This document shows positions 30,939 through 42,787 of a DNA stretch of 64,000 bases, piece after piece. Both the position numbers and the translations under genes were made by a program. The DNA comes from Kudoa neothunni (taxonomy: Eukaryota; Animalia; Cnidaria). The notes below the pieces were generated by a model. That model saw only the letters and a program-made list of their open reading frames with translations. It did no database searches and had not been told where the DNA came from. Each line of letters opens with the position of its first letter. Positions within the stretch are counted from its first letter, which is position 1. Location of the stretch: the NCBI GenBank assembly GCA_964304625.1, contig OZ199838.1:14627907-14691906 (forward strand), read 5' to 3'.

Positions 30939-31207
30939 CTAGTCGTAACATCCGGATACGCACGGGTGTTGAAAATATCTATTTCAGGGGGAAAAATTTT
31001 CAATATAACATCTATATACAGATTTATCGCCCCTAACCTCCACCCCAAGTGGCTCTAATCTTCTCAGTCGCTCGAAGGTTGATGTCGATGAAAATTTAAA
31101 ACGCTAAAAAAATACAACTAAAAATTGTTCTCTTTTGAAATTTCACCTTTTCTTGGAACACACTATCTTGGGAAAATTCCGGAGTTTGTATTTTATAAAT
31201 ATATAGA
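30939..31207 (-). mobile_element. Short Helitron-like element
   Basis: On the minus strand it begins TCTATATATTTATAAA and ends CCCGTGCGTATCCGGATGTTACGACTAG|T. Confidence 0.5.
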
Positions 31208-31259
31208 TAAATAATTGTAGCACTAACAATTATTGACATTAATTAAATTTATAAATACA

Positions 31260-32158
31260 TAGTGAATTATTTTTTGGCTCAATGAAGCAAAAATAGCTAA
31301 TATTTTACTAAATTGAAAATTTTTTCCGGCCTGTTTAGCTTGAAAATAATATTCATTAATGGTAATCCTTTTATTTTTGATCTCAACTTTGGAATCCAAT
31401 CGGGCATTTATCCATAGACAAGGTTATAATGGGGGTTTACATGCTATTTCGTCACTTCGCCAAACATTCCAGTCACGTATTTAAGAATGATCGAATTCAT
31501 AGGAAATTATAGTATTTTATGCATATAATTAAAATATTGAAGGTGAGTATTGATTTTTTAAAATATTTAATTATTAAATAGACACGTGCGTGTGAATTTT
31601 GCTATTGACCCGAACATAATAAATGGGTCATTCCTTTGTTTCATTTGGCTTTAAAGAACATTCAATAATATTATAAAATATTTGATAAGTATTTTTTAAA
31701 TTTTATGCATATTATGGTATCAATTTGGCCCCAAATTACGTGATTTTATCAAAATAATCATTGATTGATTAACTGTTATTAAACAATTATTTACAACACA
31801 TGTCCTGGATGCCAACGGCAGGTTTATCGACCATAACGTTCCGCTCTTGTGTACTAATGAGTTAAGTTGTGTATCTGTATCAATATCAAATTTTTCTGAC
31901 GATAAATACTCATGAAACGAAGAAAGTGAATCTGAAGACTCGATATCAGAGTAATTATTATCAAGATCATTTAAACATATCAACGAAATTAATTATTGTG
32001 TATGCGCAATATAGATTAAGATATGATATTCATGTAATAAATATATATTTACTCGATAGAATTTTTTCAAGATTTTCCCAAACATTTAAATAAATATTTT
32101 GGATAATTAGAAGAAAAAAATCGTGGGGTCCAAAAGACCCCAATTATACTTAGAGGGT
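31260..32158 (-). mobile_element. piggyBac-like remnant (5' part)
   Basis: End CCCTCTAAG...GGGGTCTTTTGGACCCC on the minus strand. Acidic N-terminal fragment ending HKSGTLWS resembles the neighbouring piggyBac (KNGIIWS). Left boundary approximate. Confidence 0.5.
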
Positions 32159-32288
32159 CAAACGTGATTTTTCTCGAAAACTAATAATAATTACGATTTT
32201 ATTAAAGTTTCTCAAAATTAACACCAGGGAAATCTATTTCTCTAAAGATAGCCAAATTAATAAACAATAAGATCTGGGATCCTTTTAA

Positions 32289-33866
32289 CCCTCTAACGAT
32301 TTTGGGGTAAATTTTACCCAAAAGCGATATTGTATTGAGTATATCTTTTTATTTCGTTTATTAAATCTCACCAAATTTTCTTTATTCCTGAAACTTATAA
32401 TGATTTACCTTTACCAAACAAATTGGGAATAAATAATGGAAAGAAAAAATTGTTATCTAAATATTATCCTCTAACGTTTTTTGGGGTAAAATTTACCCCA
32501 CTTTTTTATTACTTTAATCTAAAGAGTATCTTGTAAGTAATCAAATAATAAATTATTAATTAAATAAAACGAGTATATTTGAAGAAATCAATGAACAAAA
32601 TGACTAGTTGGGACAATGCGCATGGGCGCGTAGTGCATAATTCTAAATGAATGACGCGAGTGGTTTCATTGGAGAATATACCTCATCTGGAAGCGAATTT
32701 GACGATCAAGTTATTGATAAAGTGATATGTCGGTCAAAGAAATAGATCCCATAGATATTAATGATAATAATTTAAAAAGTAAAAATGGAATTATTTGGAG
32801 TATATCAAAATCACCTACGAGAAAACCTGTGCCGGAATCAGTGAATTCCATCCTTAGTGTCACTTCATATGCTGTATCAAAAATAAAATCTTTCATTGAT
32901 TGTTTTTCGTTATTATTTACATCAGAGATCGGTAGAACTATCATAAAGTATACAAAAATATGCTTGGAAATCACCATTTCACCATCGATGAGTGACATGA
33001 TACCAATAAAATTGAATTTAAGGTTATATGGACCTTCTAATACGAACAGCTCTTCATAAGGATAGACAAGTCCCATTGATAATATTGGCATCGATGCGTC
33101 TAAAAATTTAAACCTCAAACGATAATGCATTACGATGCAACCAAAGGTGTTGTAGATAATGTGGATAGAATGTTGGCATCAATTTCTACCCAGAAGTTTG
33201 AAAGAAGATGGCCGCCTATCGTCTTTTCAACATGATTGATATCTCGCTGATTAATGCATTTGAATTATTCAATGAGATATCTAATTTAGAAAAAAAATTA
33301 GGGGGAAACTTTCTGAAAGAGATTTCCGAAGAATTGTACAATCCACTGTAAATTGAATCTCCAGAAAAGTTATCAAAATAAATTTAAATAAACCTAATAT
33401 TCGAATAAAGAACCAACTTTAAATAAAAAATCATCACGCTGAGGTTATTGTTAAAGATACAATGATAAGAGAAACTCTAAATGATATCATAATTGCTGCA
33501 AGTTTTATTTCCCCATTCATGCTTCGAAATTGTTTTAAAGTGTCAAAATTAACGGTTGTGCTTATTTTTGTTTTAGCCGTCTTTTTTATTTGTTAATGAG
33601 TTTTTATTAGCCGACAACGTTACTTTCATTTTGTAAACACACACGGAGAACGTCGATATATCCCGACAATGTCATAATCGAGATTAGTTTGAGATTATTT
33701 GGCTTAATTAATACGATATTCCAATGATTTTACTCGTTTAAGTTTAATCATATTTTGTATTACCTCATGAATTATTTTTTTTACACACATCGGGATAATG
33801 AAAAAGGGGGAGTAATATTTACCCCTAAAGTGATACAGAGGTACCGTTTTTGAGATCGTTAGAGGG
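32289..33866 (+). mobile_element. Internally deleted piggyBac transposon
   Basis: TTAA|CCCTCTAACGAT ... ATCGTTAGAGGG|TTAA (perfect 12-bp TIR, TTAA TSD). Transposase fragments VTSYAVSKIKSFIDCFSLLFT and HYDATKGVVDNVDRML...RRWPPIVF-NMIDISLINAF. Confidence 0.92.
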
Positions 33867-34347
33867 TTAATATTGTACCGAAATACGCATGTCAATAAAA
33901 TTATGGTCATAATATACCGTTCAGTGGTTCATTTAAACCGAGTGGCTCCACGAGTATAGAAATAGAAGTGATTGTTTTATTTTGTGTACATTAAAAAGAA
34001 TTAGATCCGTGGGATTATAAACTCACCATCGAACTGTTCTAATTATGGCAGAGGTATATTATATCATGTTCTAATATTCGTTTATGTTACAAAAAATCTA
34101 ACGATAATAAAACGATAGAATGTTCAAAAATTTTTAAATTTAGATTTGAATTTCTCACGTGAAAAGCGCTCTTAATCGTTTAGTTTAAATCTAATCCTTA
34201 ATCGGATTAAATGTTGAATGTTTCCAAATGAAAAATTTCTCTTTTTGAATTCTACATCATTTATTGTGCTGTGTATTTTCATTAATTGAACAATAGAATA
34301 TTTAAATAATAAATCGTTCGCAGAGATTTGGTTCCCAGATTATTATT

Positions 34348-34367
34348 TGAACATTCTAGCAAGTTCC
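34348..34367. promoter_or_regulatory. Heat-shock element upstream of HSP10
   Basis: tGAAc-aTTCt-aGcAa-gTTCc is four alternating nGAAn units (one imperfect), about 80 nt before the HSP10 ATG. Confidence 0.75.
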
Positions 34368-34449
34368 AAAGCAACACGTGTCATGCGCCTGTAAAGTGTG
34401 CTTGCTTCGTAGGATTAATTTTTGGTAATTTGCGTTGATCGACGGCAGC

Positions 34450-34895
34450 ATGGTACGTTTCACATCTAAAATTTCCTAAATTAATGCGTTAACTTTAGAG
34501 TTCGTTTATATCTAGATTGGTTCCTATGTTTGACCGTGTTTTGGTTGAAAAAATTATACCAGAAACTGTATCTTATTCGACTTTTGTTATATGTAAATAT
34601 GTGAGGTTTTTGTAGGTTACCAAAGCCGGTCTTTACATTCCTGAAAATTCCAAAGATATAAAGCCGATCCAAGGTGTGGTACGTGCTGTTGGAAGCGGTG
34701 CTAGGAATGCGGTAGATTTTGCCGATGGGATTTTGGATTTTGATCGTGTTCGTATAGGATGGATCTATATCAAAACCAACAGTTGAGGTTGGTGAAACTG
34801 TGCTTCTACCAGAATTCGGTGGCACAAAAATAGTCTTTGAGGACAAGGAAATGACCATATATAGGGAAAATGAGTTAATTGCTAAAATCAAATAA
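34450..34895 (+). CDS. HSPE1: Mitochondrial 10 kDa chaperonin (HSP10/Cpn10), 4 exons
   Basis: M|SSFISRLVPMFDRVLVEKIIPET|VTKAGLYIPENSKDIKPIQGVVRAVGSGARNA|DGSISKPTVEVGETVLLPEFGGTKIVFEDKEMTIYRENELIAKIK*. The first coding exon is the ATG alone. Confidence 0.96.
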
Positions 34896-35327
34896 CATTG
34901 TTCTTTAAAGTCGATATTTGATTTATAGTCTGTTGTTGTGAGTTTATTTCGCAATTTTTCGCATATAAAAATATCTATATGTGTGCAGCAAGTTTTCATT
35001 TGAGCATTTTTTTCAAATAATTTCTTATTGTCGTTGCGACGAAACAGTCAAAGGAGTAATTAAATATTATTCGCCGAATTAGTACTAGCTTTTCAAATTA
35101 ACGTGAATAGTGGTTGATCTGGACAATACGTTCTACCCTATTTTTAGCTGGGATTGCTATAGCTGAACGGGTTGTTTCATGCACATGGTTTGGCTTGAAA
35201 TTTTATAATTTGTCGCGCTTGCCTGCCGCCAACCACGCATTATTTTGGGTTGACTTTGCGTTGCATTTTATTATTAAATTAAAACTTAATCTATTTTAAA
35301 TAGTTTCACATGATTTACTTTGATATT

Positions 35328-36800
35328 CAGTGGAACCTCGAATGTTTATATAACGTTTAACTCTGTTTTTTCTCGGGAAAATTTTTATAATTTTATTAAG
35401 ATTTTTTTTATTTGTTGCGATTCATGTTAACTGTAGTTTATCCAAAAGAAAAATATAAAAACCTTCAGTCTGAATTACTGGATGAGTGCGAACATTATAT
35501 GCATTAAGGATCTGCATGTTCATGAGAGACCATATCAACACTAGCCGGCCGGGTATGAGGCACCCTTAAAAAATTAGCCCCTGGATGTAGTTTTTATTTT
35601 CAGTCCTATTTAAAAAGAATATTCATATATATTACTCGAGATAATGATTTAATTTTAAGTTGAATAAGAATTTTTTGTCTCTAATATTCGTTCGGTGGAT
35701 AGAGAGGAGTTAATGAAAGCACAAGTAGTTTGATGCGGAACCCGAATTTTCTGTAGTAATCATTATTTAAAACTTATTCTTTTTCTACTCATATATAAAT
35801 AAAATTCCTGTCCATCGAAATAGAAACTACTTAAAATCAATACGTTTTTATAAAGTGATAACCAATTTATATAACCTTACTTTACAATTTTGTTTAAAAA
35901 TTATCAAAATATAAATCTTTTCAATAATTTTCTTCAATTTTTGTTGTATACTGGATCCAATTAGCATATTTACTGATGCACAACCTGTCGAGGATGTTTT
36001 CAGTTTAAAATATATCACAAATTATCCCGCAATAAACTTTTAATTCCAGTATTAAAGTTTTATATTTATAAAAAATACAATTTTCTACAAAAATGTCATT
36101 ACGTTTGTTTATTGATGGGAATCGCAATTTTTTGCGTTTACTTTGGTTGGTGTTTATTGGTGCTCGTGCCCACCCGCTGAGAATTTTAAATTTAAAAAGA
36201 TTTGGAACAAGATCCCCACAACGACTTTTCTTATCAAATATAGATATAGGAAGAACTTTGAGAACAATAACAGAAATCAAACTTTTCTCAATTTTGTGAT
36301 TTTTTCTATCTCTAAAAAATAACTGGCAGAGAAGTGTCTCAAAACGCTTTTTTAACGATGTCTGTTTATTTGACTTTGTCTGCCGGTAGCTTATATTTTT
36401 ATTGTAGAGATAATTTCACCTTACAATATTTGCAGGCTAATTCATTTTCCATCTTCGGTCTATTCCCGATCCATTCATCAAGAGAACTATCGATTTCTCA
36501 TTGATAAATATCCATTTCAAATTTTTTGGAAGATTTTGAATATTTACGGCAAATAAATGTCAAAACTTTTTTTAAAAATTCGACAACTAAAATAGATTTA
36601 AATAGAAAACGATTATCCCGGTTTATAAATAATTTTGAAAAAATTTGTTTATTTTTATCTCCATATATTATAAAGAATATCATTACACGGAATTAACGTG
36701 ATTTAAACTCACAAATAATAATTAAATTAATAAATGAAAATTAACGTGTATAAAACAACAATTGTTTAAAACTTATATGGGATATAAACCGCCTTTAAAT
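35328..36800. mobile_element. pogo/Tigger-like remnant
   Basis: Tigger-type end CAGTGGAACCTCG at 35328, followed by broken coding-like fragments on the minus strand. Right boundary not defined. Confidence 0.3.
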
Positions 36801-37539
36801 TAATTTTTTGTAATCCGGGTTACGAACCTTTACTTTGTGTTGATTGATTATCTTAAATAATGTCGATTGCAAAAAAGATAAAATAATGGTGCATAAACTA
36901 ATGATCCGTGTAGAAATATAATTCTTTATTACAAACCAAATGAAATTAATAGGGTAATGATACATAATGAATACTGGTTAATTGTTACATCCACCATTGG
37001 ATCAGTTTAATGAGAAGTCATAATATTAAAAATATTTAATCAAGGGAAATTTATTTAGAAACAACTAGTCTTGTAGAATTTCGTTAATTAGTATTAGATT
37101 GTTGGCCATCATGCACGACTGAAGTTAATACATTTTTTTGAATTCGGATTTTCGCCAAATTTGAACTCTTCTTGTTAGTTCCCAGTAATTAAAAGTTATC
37201 AGAATAAATAAAGTTAGATTTTACAACATAAGATCTAACATTATATAACAAAGATGGCATCCTATGCTATTTTTTTATCAAATATCAGAAAATATAGTCT
37301 ATCGTTACTATATAGATAAAATATAAAGAGGAATCCGTATCCCAAGAAAAGCCTCCTTACACTATTTGAGTGGTATGAAAATAGCAAGTTTTATAGCAGA
37401 AAAATATACGACAAATATTAACCCCCAACTAAATAACAAAGAAAGGCACATGCGTGAAGAAAAACAAACAATGTAAAAGCAACACATTGCATCTATTATA
37501 ACAATCATAGATCAAGTGGTTTATTATTCGGAATGCTAA

Positions 37540-38493
37540 TTAATTGGCAGGTTTATCACTAATGTATTCTCGCAAGTTGGAAAGAAGATTTCCATAGTTT
37601 TTTCAGATCAAAGTTATCAGAATGTTCAACAACTTCTTGGAAGAAATCCGCATTCAATCCTCTTGAAATCATGTAGTCACTCAATCTCATGAGGATTTCC
37701 TAATAGCAATAACAATAAGAGATTATTTGATGAATCACAGCATAGCATAGAGAGAAATTAAAAGCTAAGAAAATTAGTCAATACCGGATCAGCGTAATCT
37801 TCAGAACAGCTGTACTCAAAATCACCACAACCAACAGCGAACGAAGAAATAATAACCGAGACACCATTCTTCAGTTGAAGCATGCCCCAAATCCCAATCG
37901 TTGGCATCAGGATCAAATATAACCTTCATAGTTAGTTTTGGTTTCTAACATTAAAATAAAAAAAACATGAATGCGATCAAAAACAATCTCACATTTGGTT
38001 TTTCAAATGTAATATTCAACAATGGATAACGTTGAGATGAATCATCAGGTTCATCACGATTGATATCATAATTTTCAGTCACATCAAATTTTACATTAAT
38101 TCTAAACAACCAAGTTGTAATGTATATTCAGAATCAGATTAAAATTATAATATTATTATAGAGTGTTGGTAGAATTGGGACATACCTTTCGCGTGAAGGG
38201 GTCACCATTTGCATTTCCACAACAGAGCCAGATTCAGTCATAGTCCAGCCCTCCGGGGGAACCATAGTCGTGTCGTATTCAGCTCTGGTTGTTTTTATCT
38301 CATCAGTAAGCAGATACTCAAACTCTAAAAACAGTAAAAACGCCAATTATAATCAATCCAAAACAGTACCATTCGTTGGAGATTTTGAACACATGTATCT
38401 TACTCTGTTGAAACGAAACAATTCAAAATGAAGTCGTTGGGCAATTGGTCTTTTGAAAAAAGTACTGCGAAAAATTGAAAACAACCTTGTCAT
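37540..38493 (-). CDS. C1QBP: Mitochondrial acidic matrix protein p32 (C1QBP/MAM33 family); two apparent +1 frameshifts
   Basis: Arg-rich presequence MTRLFSIFRSTFFKRPIAQRLHF, then FEYLLTDEIKT, PPEGWTMTESGSVVEM, ERINVKFDV, PLLNITFEKP. C-terminus DYADPEILMRLSDYMISRGLNADFFQEVVEHSDNFDLKNYGNLLSNLREYI after removing one base near 37868 and one in the T6 run at 37598-37603. Confidence 0.85.
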
Positions 38494-39322
38494 GATTATA
38501 CAACACGAGGCGACTTAAACTTCGCGTTGGCGACTTTTTCAAACAACAAAGCCGATTACAAACTTGGATTTGTATTGCTACAACACGTTAAAAATTGAAA
38601 CGTGTTATGACGAAAATAACGCTTAGTATAGTTGAAACACTGATTCACGTCAATTTCACTTCTATTTTGTGACAATGTACTTTACGTGTTTATCCCCTTA
38701 ATTCCATAATAGAGATGTGTGGGAGTTGTCTCCTTTTGAAGACCTCAGAATTTGTTGTCCGCATTTGTAAGATTTGTATTATACATTTATTTGAAAATAA
38801 ATAATTCTGTAACTATAAATTTCTTGTTTTTACAGATTTATAATGGTAGTAAATGTTCGTAATTGTTTGATTATGAAATCGGCCTCCCCGAAGATTAATT
38901 TCACATTTCAACATCACGTTGATCCAGCGTTATCAATCTAAAAACTATATAATATAAATTTATCTAATATAGTAAGATGTCAAATAACAATTGTTGCATT
39001 CTCGGTGGATACGAATACATTTTTGTCCCGTATAATCTGAAATATCGAATAATTACACTTCTGGCGATGAAATTGAAATAATTGGTAGAATTCCGATTTC
39101 TAAATAATTAATGATCCCTAGAATATTTTAAAAATGATTTTTTCTACTATTTATCATTAATATCTCTTGGGGGAGCTTTATTTTTCCATGTTGAGATTTC
39201 ATTGTCACCCTTGATAAGCAAATAAATCCTCTTTAAAGTGAGTGTGGATGATGGTTAGTTCAGAGATCAAAAGTATTTGTGACAATTCTTTGATTAACAA
39301 TGACAAATGGGTATTATATTAA

Positions 39323-40460
39323 CCCACCGAGTATTTTGATTTTGGGGTCGTTTTCGACCCCAGTCGTGATTTAATCAGTTATTTTCTCCCCCATAGCTTA
39401 ATTTAATTTTCTAGATATCTTATCTGTTATTTTATAACAATTGATTGTTTTGGGAGGAAGTATTAATTTTTCCTTAAACAGAAAGGAGTTGATTATTTCT
39501 CAAAAACTTACACCTGGCGCCTTTGGGGTCGATAAAGACTCCAGAGGTTTCTCCATACAAATTGTGTAATAATTTATTTTATAGATGTTTATTTGTAGCT
39601 TAGTTAATTTTATGAAAACGTAATGACATAATTCCGCTAATTTGCGTGTGCAAACATTGATAAACTTGAGACAACTTTGGATTGTGAATTATGTCTAGAT
39701 AAGATGGTTACGCTGAAAGCTCTTCCATCATGTGTTAAACTGGAGGAGTACACAAAAAATCAAACGCTCATTCTACTTGGACGATTTTATTGTAAGGGAG
39801 GAAAGGATAAATTATGTGCCTTGTGGCACGCATATTAAAGTTTGTCAACGATATGCTAACAACACTAGATAGCACAGTCCATTTATTAATTATTTTCTGT
39901 TTTTTTATTTCGGCTTACTTCGACAATATTTTGTCAAACTTTAAAATATTAAAAAATTACTTGTTTATAGGTAGATGATGTGTTTAAACGTAACGACTAA
40001 TTTTTGAGGAATTTCAATTAGAAAAATTTTTTCATATTTTGTAAAATCGCGAATATAGCGATAAACAAATATAAATGTAATGATGGAAAATCCATATATC
40101 ATTTTTATAATGAAACAAAAGATTTTTTTGTTAAAAATTCAATCGCTATAAATTTTTCCCGTTTTATATAACATTCTTTAATTATAATATTACATTAAAG
40201 AAAAGTAATAACGACTTACACTGTAAGGATTAAGCAGATATACGCATTCGAGAAAATAACCGAAAAAATTAGTCATACAACATATTATATTGTATATTTT
40301 AACATAAAATGAACGTTGTTCATTATTTAAAATGCCATGAGTTTATTAAAATACTATAGGGATTAAAATTTGTTGATTATATGAAATTTTTGTTTTGGGG
40401 GTCTATTTCGACCCCCAAAGACGCCAGGTATATAATCAATTCGGAGCTGTTCAGGAGGGG
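39323..40460. mobile_element. piggyBac-type MITE
   Basis: TTAA|CCC ... GGG|TTAA ends. Internal inverted repeat ACCTGGCGCCTTTGGGGTCGATAAAGAC (about 39512) versus GTCTATTTCGACCCCCAAAGACGCCAGGT (about 40401-40429). Confidence 0.75.
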
Positions 40461-40817
40461 TTAATATATCCAAAATTGAAGTAAAATTGATTTTATTTAT
40501 ACGGTATAATAAGTTGAAAGATGTAACTACTTTAAAAAAGTTGAGATAACCAGGTTACATTATTCAAAGTGGAGTTTTGAAAAAAATACGGATATAAAAA
40601 GATTAGTGGATAAAATGTTGGTTTTTTGCAAATAATCAAGAAAATGTAGGTACCACATAAAACGCAGAGTTGAAAACGAAAACCAAATGGATATCAAATA
40701 AGCGTGAGCACAGTAAAATAATTTTCCATATTACTTATTACAAGAAATTAAAATCAAGTGTTTCAAAATAATTATTTATGCGCGAACATCAATAAAAAAA
40801 TAAGATACAAAGTATAT

Positions 40818-41390
40818 CAGGGGTCGGCGACCCCAATCGGTTTTTCCTAGCGAGGCAATCATGCTAAATTAAAGGTAGGTCAGAATTTATTTACATTCTT
40901 TAGTTGTAATAAATTCTTCACGATACAATCGAAAATTGGAATAGCGAATTTAAATTTTGATATTTAAAATAGTACATTTTGATTGCATTGCGAGAAGAAT
41001 ATTACGAACGTTCAACATTGTTTACAGTTTTTTATTGGAAAATTTTCCTGATTTTATTGATATTGAACTTAAAATTTGATATATCAAAATGATGGTTTGA
41101 AATTGTAAATAACAATAGTTAAATCTTTCCGTTCGTCACAATAAGACTAGTATCATACAATCAGTAAAATATAAATAAGAAATTTATTTAGGGGAATATT
41201 TTAATCTTTATTTTGTTATTTGTTATTACAGGTTTATATTAGGAAAGAAGAGGGTAATGTTTAATTAACCTAGTTAACATCGCTATTAAGCTTCATTATG
41301 TGCTGATAAGATCGATATTAAAAATTGAGAAGATTCTACAAACACTGTTTAATACAACAAATTTAATTATAACATTGATCCCGACCCCTG
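40818..41390. mobile_element. hAT-type MITE (573 bp)
   Basis: TIR CAGGGGTCGG / CCGACCCCTG. 8-bp TSD AAGTATAT / CAGTATAT. Confidence 0.85.
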
Positions 41391-42787
41391 CAGTATATGA
41401 GGGGTATTTGGCACCTGCAGAATATCTGACAAAATAAATTAACTTAGAAGACAACCACTTTTAAAATGGTTTCAAACACGTGTTAAAGCTTATTTTATTT
41501 AGGCAAAATTAAAATATATAAAGATTTCTTCAAGCGTTGAAGGATATTTGGCATATATTCCCTTATTCCATGGGGATTACGTAATACCTTTCACCCATTG
41601 TATTACGTTCGTGATACCATTTTGCTGTGTCGGCCTCCTAATGTTTAATTGACAATTTGTGTATAAAAGACAACTTACATGGTAATATTTGAATGGTGTA
41701 ATCATTGAAACGTTAAATGATATTTTTGAGTCATTAATAAAAGATAAACATTATCATCTAAAAAATTTATGAAATCATTCCATTTACACATTTTCTAGTT
41801 GAATATTTATTTCATTAATATTTCATTAATTACTTTTCATGCGATCATTTAAGATAAATATAAATTATTATATTTACATTTATAAAGTGAAAAACATGGT
41901 TAGGCGAAAAACAAAAGAGAACAAATCTTGATAAAACACAGCAAAGATTAAGAAGGAACCGACTTTATTTATTCACACATAGACTTTGTTTAAATTAATA
42001 AATTTTATTGGGAGGCTCTCCTTTACATTTTATATTTGTTTTATAAACAAACACAAAAAAGAGATAAGAACAGACTAATCGCATGCAAGAAATTATCAGA
42101 TACAAAACACAATTCCATTTCCAACCTTACATACTTTAGGGAGACAAAGGAATTAAAAACTGTAAAATATAATAATTTCTTGCAATAAATTTTTGTTCTA
42201 TTTATTAAAATAATATTTAAATTATTATAGTTTTCTAATCGGGTGCGCATGTGCGTACGTTTTTTATCGCTAAACGCAATTTATTGTATTATGGTTGAAA
42301 TTATAGATATATTATATTGTGCAACTATTTTAGAATCCTAAATTAAATAGATTTATCAAAAAATACTCTATTCTATATCTATTGGGGAATTTTCCCTAAA
42401 AAGAGCCTTAGGACAATCTCTGTGCGCACGCAGTTACAAGAATCCAGCAACTATTAATACGTTTATTTTTATATATGTATATATTTATTTATTTTTGTCA
42501 GAAATAAACAGATAAATTTAAATACACGTATTAAGAATATTTAATCAATTATTTTTCTGCATTCGATTTAACTAATCAATGAAATAGAACTTTTATATGA
42601 ATTTCCTTGGGCTTAGATCATAAAAGCAGGATTTGTTCAGCTTATCGGACGATTTTCAAAAAACATCATTTAGCTCACTGGATAAATTGATTAATTATTT
42701 TCCAAATAAAATTTCGACAACCCCATTAAATGATTATAAAATAAGAAAACATATTAGAACATTCTAAAAAATCCGTTATGATAGAAA

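Noticed and set aside
34481-34999. 172-aa minus-strand ORF, and similar ORFs at 7897-8274, 21002-21265, 32711-33130 and 62624-62980
   Set aside because: These are antisense shadows of HSP10, the transposase, BRM, the piggyBac relic and IMP1 respectively.
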